DNA of 57,901 nucleotides, the filler included, from Sphacelaria rigidula (lineage: Eukaryota): NCBI GenBank assembly GCA_964200075.2. It is 8 parts of 8 records of this genome, joined end to end, with 100 filler letters (N's around TTAATTAATTAA, not from the genome) between each part and the next. Parts side by side here need not be neighbours in the genome. Positions count along the whole stretch, not along the records: positions 43,502 to 50,651 come from CAXNAA020016245.1; positions 50,752 to 57,901 come from CAXNAA020016246.1; 6 more parts are not named here. The stretch is one strand, 5' to 3'. This document shows, one piece after another, positions 43,768 through 56,975 of this stretch (the first letter of the stretch is position 1; each line of letters starts with the position of its first letter). A model generated the notes under the pieces. It had not been told where the DNA came from. It ran no database searches and saw nothing but the letters and a program-made list of their open reading frames with translations. A program made the translations under genes and the position numbers.

Positions 43768-46700
43768 CACGATGTAATCGGAACCGCGGAACTCCTGAAG
43801 ACGATCAAACGATCTGTATCAGGTAAAACCAACACACAAAGCGGAGTTGCCCCCCCCCTGTGCGTCATCATCGCTGCGACGTTTCGTGGTATGGTCGACG
43901 AAAATATGTCGGTTTTGTCCCGCGTTGACTCGAACATTTGTAGCAACATTCATCCAAATATTGGCGGTTGGAATTGTGTGGGATTTATTATAACTCAGAG
44001 CGTTTTGCGACGTAAATGAAGGCACACTTGACAACATTTAGCTACCGCGTGACTGTTACTGAAGTTACAGAATCGCCCGGAACGTTAGCTGCAAGTTTCG
44101 TCTGATCGTCCTGAGAGAGAATATGGCTTCCAGAGGGTGTACTATTGCAAACCAACTTTTCAGGTGTCGATCGAAGACGACTGCCGACAAAAATGACGCC
44201 ATTTTTCTATGGTCTGACTGATACTACTCCAATGTATTTATCAGGCGACTGACTAAATTAACTGCAAGTTTCTCGGCGACTACCTTTTCCTTACGCATTC
44301 TTTCATGGGTGGACATATACATACATCATACCTGCAGTACGAATTTGCTGGGAAGGCCTGCATCATCACCAGCGGCGCCCATGCGCTTGGACAGGGATTC
44401 CTGGCGCTTCAACTCTTCCATGCGTCGTTTGTTGGCCCTCGTCAGCACCTGGTAGACGAGCAGAAACAAGTCACCTTTAACACAAACGCACGTCGTCATA
44501 ATCATACTTCCTCTGTGCCATAAGTAAAGGTCCTTATGGGGTACAAATTATATCTCGCCAACCTAGTCACTCACGATACTACCGATAGGCTTGTTGAAAA
44601 GCTATGGATTTGAGGATACCTAAAAAAAAAAAAGTGAATCCGATTCGTAATTACTGAGAAATAGTGTGTCAAATATTGGGAATTTTGGCGGGTTTTTTGG
44701 GATATATTTGAGAACTATTATGAGAATTGCCTTGGTTTTAGTGTGGGGGTTCACTAGTATACTGTTTTTAGTATGGGGGGCGCGTCATGGGTCGTTGAGT
44801 AGAGGGGGGGGGCTAGGTTTGGGGTCAGGGATAATTCTTGGTTTTTTCCTCTTGTTTTTGTCAGTGCCCCGCCCTGGAGGGGGGAAAAATATCTGCAAAA
44901 TACGGCTTTTTTCAGGCCGACTGGTTTTTCCTCGGCCGCTCATGCACGCGGGGTGGTGCGTGCAAAAAAAAAACGGACTTTAACAAAAAAACTTCAAAGG
45001 TTTCAAAAAAATGGTCGCCGGCGGCATCGGACACCGCTAAAGGTCTGTGTAAACATAAGGACCTTTACTTATGGCACAGAGGAAGTATAACCACTCAGTT
45101 GGGGCGCGAAAAATGGGAAACCTTGACACCCGCCACCATGCGTAGCAGTATGACAGCCGCGGTCCACGCCCCGCCCGCAAGACCTGCAAGGCTGCTCAAG
45201 TGAGCATGTCCGGACGTTTCCCGACAGAGCTAGCCCTGGATAAGCTGTAGGCCGTAAGATTGTGAGCTATGTACGGCACAACCGCACAGTGGTATGAAAC
45301 GCAACGAAGCAATTGTCATGCGAAGCTCTTACTCAAACCCGTTCAGAGTCTGGCTGGCTACCGGGGCAACTCGCGCACAAACAAAATCAAACAACGAACG
45401 TGCCCTCTCCAACATATTGTTTGCACACGGCTTACCTCGTGAACGCAGCTGGTAGATTGCCACCGATCACTACATCATCTCAACTTAACCCCACGGCTGT
45501 TCTAGAGTAACTGGTACATGTGCTGCACAACAAGCAACAAGAAAAACTGCAGCACAGCATGCCCACGGGCGTTTCCGTGCAAGAGGATTTGCCTACCGTA
45601 CATACAGACAGTGCAGTTTGGTTGTACTACAGAAATTAATATGATTCGGTAGCAGAGCTTGAATTTCGGCAGGAACTTGCAGAAATGGGAAGCACCCGGG
45701 GGTTCTGGCACCACAGCATAAACTGAGGACCACGATGTATTTGAACACTGGTGCATATCCACGTGAATCCCGCTTGCCGTTCTCCGTGCAATCAAAGGTC
45801 ATCCTGTTCGGGAGATACTTGTACTCGCTGCACTGCCTGGTAGGGCACTGTACGATACAGTCGAACACTCTCTAATTATGAAAAAAAGCCACGAAACCCC
45901 CACACTTTCACAAATAACCGTGAATAAAGATACGCGTGGCGGGTCGTTGAAAACGGAAATCAGTAATCAGTCCGTCCTCACCCTCTGCTCGTTTATGGAT
46001 ACTAGTTTCTAAGAAAGCAAACTATGTTGCATTATACTTATCTCGCATTGCAGCTATGGTGTAATCGCGGGGCATGCAATGGCACATAAAACGCATTATT
46101 TGGGAGTAGTGGCAGAAACGCACACAATACCGGTATGTACGGCGCATAGATATCGGGGAAAAGTATGCGTTCAACCGTTAACACTAAATACTATTGGGTC
46201 GAGATCGATTGAGTATCTGGAAGAAAACAAACATGTGTACTACACTGCCCCAACGATGAACTGAACAAAGTATTAGTGCTGTTCCCGACACACAAACCCT
46301 CGTGATGTGCTACAACCGACGCCGTTCAACGGCGCACATGTAAGCTGGCGGTGTAGGGATAAGGGGTGAGGTATGTTATCGAAGCCCATAAATCGACGAG
46401 CGTCGATTGATGTCGTGCATCAGCTGCATGTCTTTCAACCCTTACCGCCGACATAGATATATATCGAAAGTTCCAGCCGAAACTACGTGGATCTTGACAA
46501 TGCCGATCACAACGTAGCGACGGTGCGCATGCTGATATTAACAATAGCGATGAGCAGCAAATCTGGTATAGCGATCGTTTTTCGCCCTATTATCTCGTGC
46601 ACCAAACGATTTCATGTCACAATCGTCTAGTATACCGATCTCCTCCAAACACGTCTCGTCCCTCCTTGTACTGTTCACATTCTTCCACTATATCAGATCT

Positions 46701-49700
46701 ACTCTCTGTGATCGCTGGTAGCTCATGAAACTCGCCCCGGTTGTGTTTCCCCTGCCCCTTTCACTTCCACCCTGATCTGTAGTCGTATAAAAGAGTACAA
46801 GTTACAGTATACTCTCGCTCTCCCATACGGTAGCTTGGTGGTGAGGTACACGTCATTTCTCCATGACGGAGGTGCTTACGATGCCATAGGTACATCCATT
46901 GAAGATATAGCGTTATGGAGATGCCCATGGGGGGGGGAAATCACGAGAAAGTTTCGGTGGTAGTTGTTGGGTGGGAATCGCTCACTTATTGCCCATTTTG
47001 ATCCGTTTTGGTCGGTATTTTGACGACTTCGGGCGATTTTCGACCGTAACACGTGACACGTCGGTTACAGATTGCCGTACAGCTCCGCAGTGTTCGAGGA
47101 GGCGTACCTCTTTTCGATGCAAGAAGGAAGCTCGAAATAATGGAAGTCTTTTGTTTTCGGTCGTTTTGTTCGAATTCGAAGCTTTGGGGGGGATGGGAGG
47201 GGTACCGAAAACAACGAAATACAGCCATTGTGAGCCGACGATTTTTTTTCGGTCCTTCGCCCTCTCAGTGTAGTGCGCACACACATACAAACGGGAAAAG
47301 CCTTCGACACAAAAAACGCCGACGATTTCACAAAACAGTATCGCTTCTTTATATCGGACGCGGTTATTAGGGACCCGTGTAAAGACAACCAAGCTGACTC
47401 ATGGGACAGTGGAAGTATGTTATTGCCGAGTCACCTTGTCCTATTAGATAGAACTAGATGCTCGGGTAATATCTTTTTGAAGCGTAACGGCAGACTCTGT
47501 AGCCATGTATCAGGAGTAACGAGGTTAGATGCTTCCTGAAACATGAAGACTTGGCCGTACTTCGATTCCGGGAGGAATCAGGGGGAAGAGTACATGTGTC
47601 GACAAAACGGAAAAAGGCGATGAAAATTGCTCGGATGCGCACTGCAGTACATGGTTCCGCCTGCAAAAAAGTTGATGACGAAAGTGATTCACCAGATAGT
47701 GGTGTTTGGACGCCGTTTTGTTGTTGGCACTCGTGAGATCTTATGATTACCCTTCTTAGCGACTGCAACCTGCTGCTCCTAGTTTCCGGCTAGAGATTGT
47801 CTCATTGTCTCGTCGGTTGTTGGTAGGTACGCGTCGTCTCCGCACCAAAAACAACCATCCCGAGTCCGCGGCAAGAACAACAGAGAAAATAGCAATCTGC
47901 TGGCGTATACGCGTCTCAGGGGTAACCCTTTGTCAGTCGGGGTAGTTGATCCGTGGAATTGACATATTTTCACTAGAACGGTGAGCGCGGGGACCGTACC
48001 CTAGACAATATATATGTACATGTATCATTTCGCATTTTTCACAACTTTTGCCGAGCTTTCTCTGGCGGCAGGGCATCTTATCACGCGCTTTCTTTTGCAG
48101 TGCACGAAGAAGGCGCAGCGGTACATTACGCTTTAAGTTTTCAAAGCAGTTGAAAACAATTGAACACTGCCTTCGCCTTAGTCAGTAGCACACACAAGAC
48201 CGTGCAATTAGCCATTGGCGAGTTGAAAAGGCACACACGTGGGCAAACGTCCTCACTGTGGGTCAGCTGTGCTCGACAAGCGCAGGGGGGTGACGAGATC
48301 CCTGTGGTCATGCAACCCGTAACAGAGAGTTCCCTCAAAGGATGCAACTGTGTGAAGTACCGGCGCAGGTATGTCCTTGTGACAGGGATGACAGAGATGT
48401 CTTTGTGACAAGGATGCGTCCCTGCACAAGTACTTCACAATGGGGACTTAAAGAAATGTACGTAAACAATGGTTGGTACTATGGAGATGCCACCAACTCT
48501 AACGCTAACCCTAGCACTAACATCGACCAAGGCATACCGAGAACTCTGGAGCAAGGGGGGTGCAGTTTCTTAGCTAAAGCGTGGGTTGCGAGAACTCAAA
48601 TCGATGCCTTTGAGCCGATTTTGGACCAAAACACGTTCTAGACGATCCGGTTCTACTTCTCACCACTGCTCACCTGCCCCAAATCATGATTTTTCTCAGA
48701 ACTTTCTTTAGTCTGAAACCAAGTCAACTCGAGTACCAATCGTTGTTTATGTACATTTTTTCTTTAGGTCTACCAGTGTCGCACTACAGGCGAATGCATA
48801 TATGCATGCGCAGATGCATAAACTTAGACATGTTGAGCGGCTGGACGGCCGATGCGGTAGCAAACTGGCACCGGTCTGTACTGCGGCCCTTTCTGGATCA
48901 TGACCATCTGTAGTGCACCGATCGGCATACAGTCTGTAGAGCTGCGCACTTCATGGCGCACGGCCCTAAGTGCGCTGCAGCCGCTGCGAGGCGCTGAAAC
49001 ATCGCTCATGGGCGGTGCAAACCACAGTCAACAGTTCCAAGTCACTATATCTGGTGCTGTGCGCTGCAGCAGTGCGCACTAGAGGGCAAAACGGTAAGGT
49101 TTTGTTCCGAAAAACAGTTGTTTTTCCTTTTTGCGCAACACTGACTTCACAGGAACATCTCTGCGCCGGTACTTCACAGGGTATTAACAATGAGTTAGCC
49201 CGCTGCTTCGGTAAGGGCCTCGCGGAGGGATATTTCGGAACTGAAACGATTGAATCACTAACTGATCGCTTTTACTTCTCAATCGTATCCTCTACTCTCA
49301 ATCTCACGAAAACATCGTTCTACGTAATTGGAGGCTCCCTCATCAGTTGTATTTATTTGCCCACGTCTATTTATTTCTTGCGGAGGGCAATATATACCTG
49401 CTCGATCGAAGCGGACAAAGCGATGACTCGCGCGCCTTTTCTCTTTCATTCAACCCATGTGTATTATGTACATGTATCATTTCACATTTTCACCACTTTT
49501 GCCGAGTTTTCGCTGCCAGCAAGGCATCTTATCCCGCGCTTTTTTTTGCAGCGCACTGAGAAGGCATACGAAGTATATTTGATATTATCGACTTGCGTTA
49601 CCCCCGGGAGGCCCGTACCAACCTCCCGAAGGGGAACCTTGTATATATATATATATGGTATGTGTATTGTTTATCGCGCTTTGAATCCCTCTCCTTCCTC

Positions 49701-50176
49701 GGGACGATCCCTGGTGTCAAGGAATCAACCCATCTCTCCCGGGTACACACCTTACAATTTGGTCTCGGAGATTGGGTCAGCACTCTTGCACCACGTCAAC
49801 TCTCGTCAAATAAACTCAGTCAAATAATTCTTGTTTGCTCACGTAGTTATGCTTTTTCGACGGTGGAAATTAGATACTTCGACGAAGAAAAACCCATCGC
49901 ATCGGGAATGGAACCCACATTCTCTCCACCCTAATGGTGACAGTCGGATCAGTATCGAATTCGTTGTCGATTGCAATAGACAATATAGTAGGATTGTGAA
50001 CTGGACCAGTTTGTACTGGCAGTTAAACTGGAACTGGTGATGAGGACTTCAGTTTATCCAGTTTATTTGAAGTGTGCCGTTACCGGCTGTGTTTACACCA
50101 TTTTTAGCACGGTAATAATATAACAAAGATGCTTACATGATTACGAACAGAATGAAAGCAGAATTGGGGCCTGCAC
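43768..50176 (-). CDS. Unidentified multi-exon gene fragment (hydrophobic segment followed by a basic/charged helix)
   Basis: Phase-compatible AG/GT exons: 50176-50137 (AGPNSAFILFVI), optional 47660-47643 (RNHVL), 46482-46446 (FGWNFRYISMSA), 44448-44332 (VLTRANKRRMEELKRQESLSKRMGAAGDDAGLPSKFVLQ) and 43794-43768 (EFRGSDYIV). Exon 44448-44332 is the best supported. Family not recognised. Confidence 0.45.
48016..49566 (+). repeat. ~100-bp direct repeat pair (48016-48115 and 49468-49566)
   Basis: GTACATGTATCATTTCrCATTTT..CAC.ACTTTTGCCGAG...GGCATCTTATC.CGCGCTTTT...TTGCAG.GCAC..AGAAGGC in both. Confidence 0.85.
49680..49950 (-). mobile_element. Second copy of the 41565-41850 SINE-like family
   Basis: Colinear similarity to 41565-41830 on a different contig. 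Confidence 0.7.
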
Positions 50177-52092
50177 CTGACAACAGTACATGTACAGACA
50201 GTACAGGACAGTACTCGTGGCCACTACACCTCGAAGTGATATTGCGGATTTATGCCAGGTTTGTTTGTCGTTTCATAGCACGACATCTGGAATCGAAAAT
50301 AGCAAACAAACAGCAATCCACGACCGCAAAATACAAAGTACACCATGGTTTGCAATTCAACTGCATGCGTGCTTGTGGTTCCGGAAGTTAATCAGTTTGC
50401 GCTCTTATCCCTGCGTACTGCCAGCCTTGGCTTGTTTGCATCTTCCTCTCCTCACGGAGAGTCTGCTGCTCCATACTACAGATGTGATTTCCGAATCGCT
50501 CACCGCTTTGAATTGGATTTGAATATCATCCGAGAGTGCCCCAAAATAACAATCCAAGACCCTATGCCCCTTTTTCGAATCCCGGAGTTTTTCGGGGGGG
50601 GGGGGGGGGTATTAAATCCCACACATACAAAAAAAATAAAAAATAAATTAANNNNNNNNNNNNNNNNNNNNNNNNNNNNNNNNNNNNNNNNNNNNTTAAT
50701 TAATTAANNNNNNNNNNNNNNNNNNNNNNNNNNNNNNNNNNNNNNNNNNNNGTGGTGGGTTGTTGTTGTTTGGTGGTGTGGTGGGGTGGGGGGCGGGGGG
50801 GGGGGGTTGTCGGGGGGGCGTACTCATTTGTTGCTTGCCTTAGTCGTTCGACCATTGACCACGCATCCCTTTCAAAACAGAGCATTGACCACGATAACGG
50901 GGGGAGGGGGGGATTCTCCCTAACCCGTCTCCGCAAAAGCCACAACAGTCAAACACACTTCGTTTCAGTGAAAAATTCCAAGGCTATCTCTAGCCCAAGC
51001 TCCAACCCGAGGCAGACCAAGAGTCTTCGAGCAAAGGGGAGTACACACAATAAATATCCTGGGCAAATTTTTCGAGGCAAAACGCATGCTGCGCCCGCAA
51101 GGCGAGAGCTTGCGATTATGAAGCCGGTAAAGACCCTGATATTATGGTTTACACTCAAACTAAGGATTTTGTCGAGCATGAACTTGGGGAGCCAGTGAGA
51201 GGGAAACTGTACTGGGAGCAGGGGGGCGGTGGAGAGAAAAGGGCGGGAAATTGCCACAGGCCCAGCTCGTTGATTTGGTGGGATCAAGGCTCCAGTTCTC
51301 AAGTTTGGAGGCTGTTGAGCAACGCGATTCTCATTACGTGAGTGGAGATAGGTGTGTGGGCACACACAAGTGGGTCGCGTTTCTTGTGCCACCCTTGGTA
51401 ATTTGTCGGAATTTTTGGAGCGCCCAAGTTGCTCAGGAGTTTGGTTCTTAGCAACAGGCCGGGAGCAACATTCGCAGCACAAGATACCTGTCGGACGTGA
51501 ATCGCAAACTCTTTCTCGTCCTAACTCCAATTTCCTCTCCACGAGGCTTGTTTAAACTAGTTAGGTACAGCTGTATCCTGGCTTCATCTCCTACTCGTAC
51601 TGTTCCTCATCCTGTCTACGGGAATATGAAAAAAGAGCAGGACCATGAGCACTTTCACAGAGCCCGTCTGTATACACCTGCTCACATTTATGTTCCGACA
51701 TCTCCGGCAAAGCTTGCGAAATAAAACATGCCCTTACACTAGCAACGCCGTGCCGTGTAGAGGACGGCACAACAGTGTAGGCGGGAGGAGCGGAGAGTGG
51801 ATATTCTGTTGCAGAAAAGAAACAAGAATGGTATGGCATCGGAGTTGCTACAAGGATGATCCCCGCTTATGTGGGGTTGCTTGGAGTGACTACAATAAAG
51901 CAACAGTACCAGGGATCATCAGACGTACTCGCTGATTGATTGATGGTTTAATTGATTAATCGATGCTTTGATTGAGTGTCGCATATTGACTGGTCCGCTG
52001 GGAGTCATAACCCAGCCGTGGTTACACGATAGACGTACCCGAGGTGAAGAAAGAACAAAAAAACAGTACCCAAGGTGAACAAAACAAAAAAC

Positions 52093-52360
52093 AGGAAGAC
52101 TCGCCGAAGAAAACTCAGCAAAGGGGGAAAACAAAAGTTAGAGATATTGGAGTAAACTGAAGAACGGGAAGCAGGACAAACAGGGAGAATACACACAAAC
52201 ACACACAAGCACACACAACATTGGAAAGACTCGCCGAGTAAAACTCAACAAAGGGGGAGAACAAGAATTAGAGATATTGGGGTAAGCTGAAGAACGGGAA
52301 GCTGGACAAAAAGGGAAAACACACACAAACACACACAAACACACACACACGCACACAAAC
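52093..52360 (+). repeat. ~130-bp tandem duplication ending in (CA)-rich tracts
   Basis: AAGACTCGCCGA...TTAGAGATATTGG..TAA.CTGAAGAACGGGAAGC.GGACAAA at 52096 and 52226. Confidence 0.85.
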
Positions 52361-52577
52361 ACACTCAACATCGGGGTAGGAAAATTCAGAAAGCCTGAAC
52401 AGACTCAACTTACACGAATTGGCTGACGTTGTGTGTTCTGAAAATTCGCCGAAACTAAAAGGTGGACAGAAACAATATAAGCTTCCTTGCTCAAGCATTC
52501 TATGACTTTATATACAAGAGTGTACTGAAAACAGTACACCCGCTCGATCGTCGGAGCACACGAGCATGCACGCACAC

Positions 52578-54829
52578 CCCTATCGTCGACTGACTCGCCT
52601 CCCTCACAGACTCCGCCACCGCCTTAAGCGTAAGCTCTTCCGTGGGTGAGGACCCTGCAGGGATAGCAACTGCTGGGGAGGGACGAGAGGCGTTGTCGAT
52701 ACTAGTTGAACTAGGAGCAGCCGTGGGCTCCGCAGCAGTTGGCGACGAGGCTGCACGAAGCGTGGGATGGGATGGGGGACAAGAGGGGATGTGCAAACTG
52801 TGGGAACGTTGCAAAGAGTTGACATGGGTGTAGTTGCCAAAATCAAACCCTAGGCATGAAAAGAGCAAGTGCGTTTGTCGTTGGATATGGGCCTCGAAAG
52901 GGTTGTCGCAATATTCGATTCACCTGCGTTGGATGTTCTTGCTGCAACACCATTGGGTTTTTAGCCGCTGGGTCATCGACCAACAAGGGTCCTATCGTGC
53001 ACCTGCCGATCTACCCGATTATTTTTTTCGTGCGATAGTAGCCGGTTGCCTGTCTTCATCCAACGCGCCCGTACGGTATGTGGCTATGTGGGGCTCGGTC
53101 CGTCAAGCCGAAAGATCTCGGGGTATGCCGGAGGTCTCATTTCCTCTTCAAGGACGAACTCTCTGAACGAAAAACGATCATCGATAGGCGGCACGTGCGT
53201 GTGTGTATTGCGTGTACCTATGTCTTTTGGCGAACGATATGGTCGGCGTGTCCTGAATAGATAAACGAGACCCCCCTTTGCACCCCCGGCGTGTGGCTTC
53301 GATGTTTGCACTTGCAGTTGCGCACAGGGAAGATTATTTCGGCGTTCGCCCTAAGAGAAGCATTTGCCCTGTTTTTACCTGAGACGGGAACCTGCTTGAC
53401 TCCTCTTCGTTGATGTTTCGTTTACTCGCAGCCACTGTCACCTAAAACGCAAACCTGAACTCATCATGAACCAAATTAAACTACCGTGACTTGACTTGGC
53501 CCCTCACGAAGCCATTTTGAGCCTGACTCAATTTGCTACCAGTATGATTCGCCATCCTATGAGCCCTGTAGACAACAGAGCCATGCCGACCAAGTATTAT
53601 CATGTGGGGATCTGATTGTCACTTCCAACTGGGTCGCCCTGCCGACAATATGGGGGTTAAAAAAAACAAAATGACCCTGTCGTAGCAGGTCGTCTGAACT
53701 TGTGTGGGACTAGCGAGTCAGAATGCAAACGCCTCGCAAACGAGAAAATAATGATAAAAAAAAAAGTACAGCTAGACCACAACATGTGCCGACAGGCTAT
53801 TGGTTACTGAAAAGAGTCTCACCTCGTTGTCTCGAAGGCGGCGGGGTCGAGGTACTCTTGCCCGGCCGCCCAGGTTTAGGCGCGGCCGAGGTGGACCTCG
53901 ACGAGGATGGCGCAGGAGAACCAGGGGTGCCGAGCGTTTCAAGCTTGACCCGCTGCTTTCCCGTCTTGCCCTTGGGGACTGCATCAGTCGGCTTGTGGTC
54001 AGACCTGCCCTTGGGGACTGCATCAGTCGACTTGTGGTCAGACCTGCCCTTGGGGACTGCATCAGTCGACTTGTGGTCAGACCTGCCCTTGGGGACTGCA
54101 TCAGTCGACTTGTGGTCAGACCTGCCCTTGGGGACTGCATCAGTCGACTTGTGGTCAGCCTTGCCCTTGGGGACTGCATTAGTCGACTTGTGGTCAGCCT
54201 TGCCCTTGGGGACTGCATCAGTCGACTTGTGGTCAGACCTGCTCTTGGGGGCTGCATTAGTCGACTTGTGGTCAGACCTGCCCTTGGGGACTGCATTAGT
54301 CGACTTGTGGTCAGACTTGCCCTTGGGGACTGCATCAGTCGACTTGTGGTCAGACTTGCCCTTGGGGACTGCATTAGTCGACTTGTGGTCAGACTTGCCC
54401 TTGGGGACTGCATTAGACGCTTTGTGGTCAGACTTGCCCTTGGGGACTGCATTAGACGCTTTGTGGTCAGACTTGCCCTTGGGGACTGCATCAGTCGACT
54501 TGTGGTCAGACTTGCCCTTGGGGGCTGCGTCAGTCGGCTTGTGGTCAGACTTGCCCTTGGGGACTGCATTAGTCGGCTTGTGGTCAGACCTGCCCTTGGG
54601 AACTGTGTCAGTCGGCTTGTGGTCAGACGCTTTGCTACCGCGACGTTGATTCCCTTCATTGCTTTTTGCTGCAGGCTCGATTGGCGACGGTGGGGGGGGC
54701 AGCAGGCTGCTGCTGCGAGCTGTCTTCTTCACTTCGGCGGCGGGCTTCTCGGGTTTCTCGCGCAATACGCCGTTTGCGTTCTTCTGTGCTGTGGGAAAAT
54801 TCTTCTTTTTTGCCTCGAGACGCTTCCTG
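52578..54829 (-). CDS. Low-complexity Lys/Ser/Pro-rich protein with 17 x 13-aa repeats, 2 exons, partial
   Basis: Exon 54829 (or 54826, NAGNAG)-53823 ends CGA G|GTGAGA (phase 1) and joins exon 52750-~52578, which begins TGCAG|CC (phase 1): ...PPPSRQR-A-SSPTAAEPTAAPSST...EASQSTIG. The flanks of the repeat stay open in this frame. Confidence 0.65.
53965..54627 (-). repeat. Coding minisatellite, 17 x 39 bp (SDHKSTDAVPKGK/R)
   Basis: Unit GCCCTTGGGGACTGCATCAGTCGACTTGTGGTCAGAC(C/T)T repeated head-to-tail with substitutions only and no indels. Confidence 0.97.
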
Positions 54830-56744
54830 CTTGTCGTCGCGCAATGGTAAGACGGGGGGGGAAAGCGACAAATTGTGCGCTCTAGATTCCAGCTCTCGCT
54901 CTCCAGAGGGCATGCAACCGGTCACAGTTATGGGGGCGATTTGAGGGCCGATTCTGGGCACTGTATTTCGGGAAAGTGCGCATCGACTGCTATCTGCAGA
55001 AAAAATGTATCGTTATAATCGAGTCAATCATATCACTCACGAATACGCACGTCACCTCAAAATAACGACCCGGCTCACGTGAAATGCACCGTAAAAGCAG
55101 TCCACACTTCTGGAGCGGTCGGTGTTTATCAATCTAAGGAAGCTGTTGCTCCGGGGATGGTGCTTCTCTTGTTGCATGAGTGCAGTTCTAAAACAGCAGC
55201 TGTTGTTTGTTGCGGTAGCACTCGGGAAGCACAAGCCGAATGACCTACCACACCACTTCCACCGCCTTTGCGAAGATCACCGTACACAAATATGGACAGC
55301 AGCAGTTGTGGTCGCCAAAAACGCCACAGCACCAGCAGTAAAACCTTTGCCCTGATTATGTAGCTTGTGTTCAGTATCTACAGGTAGTCAGGGGGAAAAT
55401 CATGAGCCTGACCAGCCAGTGTTTTGACGAAAAATAAAAAAATTAATGCTCTCCACGCTTTCGACTGTATGCTGGAACCATCTGACACAAAACAGCCGAC
55501 TTTCATGGGTGATTTCGCTCTCTGCAACTCGACGCGTGCAGAGCACTCGCTCTTCGAACGCGAAAATGCCCTTTGTGCACGGCGGCACTGAACAAAGTAG
55601 CAGCTGGCGGCGTGCAAGGAGATGCGAGGCCGTCACAGATTTCTTGCTGGAAGCAAAGACATGTGCTCGGAAGTGAAAACACGCCGAGGATGGCATCGTT
55701 TACGTGTTCTTAGTACAGTCAGTCAGCCATAAACATCGTCTCTGTTTCGGTTTTGCCTTCTTCTTCTATTTCGATTTTCCGCTTTTCTTAGAATTTTCCA
55801 CGTTGAATCTCTATTGACATCCGCTGCTGGTCCTTAACCCAAAAGTGCCGATCTCTCAACACGGTTCTCTCGGCAACAAAGCAGAGGATTGGGCTGCGAT
55901 TTGTTGCGTGGGCTTCCCACACATCCAAACTAGGTCAAAAGGTTTGTGTTTCCCTCCGCGCGTGACACAAAGCCGCACCAAAGCAAAACATTCTAAAAAG
56001 GGTGTTTTCCCCCCCAAGTTTTGGGGCTTTTGGGGTCCGATGTGGCGAATTGAGCAAATCGCCAACAAGGTTCCCTAGCTTTTGTGTGTGTGACGGGGGG
56101 GAGGGGGGGGGCTGTGAATTGCCGCAGGCTGGCTTGCTTCCTGTGTCCAGAGAAGTGTGAAGAGAAGTGCTACAGCTGTCGCATACTAAACCAAGTTAAT
56201 TAGGGATGAAGCGTGTGTTTCGTTCGTGTCTTGTTCGGCAAAGGTCCGACCACCTGATGGATGACGTCTTCATTTTTATTCCCCCGCGTTGTAAATCCTT
56301 TTTTTCGGAGAGTGTTTTTTTTGTCGTTATGCCCGCCGCATTCACCCGCATAACGGTGTAATACTGGGCCACTTGCATTCGTTTCTTTAATCCGCTCAAG
56401 AGCTGTATCATAGCTCCATGTTACTGCCGATTCCTCCGAAGCAACTATCAACTCGTGGGGCCAATGCTGTCCGCAAAACAACAGATCTGCCTGCCTACCT
56501 CGCAGTGCTGCGACATCCCTCGTCTTGACCTCGTAGAGCCTGGAGCTAGCGAGCAACCAATGAAACGTTTTCATGGCTGGCCATTGGCGTGGAGAATGAC
56601 ACATATCGTCAGAATCCACGACGCACTCGACCGATAAAATGGAGTCAATGCGGCTCATATCCCACACCGGTCGTAGTACAGCAGAACAACACCGATCAGT
56701 GCAGTACCAGCATAGTCCTACAAATGCACAATTCAGACAAATCA

Positions 56745-56975
56745 TTGCCGGTTTGGATCACTAGATCTACGATTCTTCAGGCGTGATTTCCCGAAAGAGC
56801 GGAGAAAAGTTGACCGCTGCTCAAAAAGGTCTGCACGCTTTTTTTGCGTCATTCCACGTCCCTGGGCCGCGCGCACCTGGGTTGCAACGCTGAAAACAAA
56901 GCTCGAGGATTGATTCGTACAGTACGAATCAATTACACTAAAATCAAGTAATTTTCAGGCGAAATCATTCATTCG
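56745..56975 (-). repeat. ~230-bp dispersed repeat with internal palindrome; other copies ~15262-15520, ~36943-37170, ~38583-38820 (+)
   Basis: Colinear blocks including ATTGATTCGTAC-n-GTACGAATCAAT (perfect at 56909-56933), TTTTCAGCGTT, GGAATGGCGCA, AATCAGGCC..GAAATCGT. Confidence 0.85.

Noticed and set aside
48970..49827. 285-aa ORF
   Set aside because: Runs through dispersed repeats, a (TA)n tract and a SINE copy, with no recognisable motif.
53965..54627. CRISPR-like array
   Set aside because: Units are contiguous with no unique spacers, the period is a multiple of 3 inside a spliced exon, and no cas genes are present.
53723..54885. Overlapping ORFs 53723-54649(+), 53800-54885(+), 53772-54659(-)
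   Set aside because: These frames are open only because the 39-bp unit lacks stops. Only the SDHK frame has phase-matched splice sites to the next exon.
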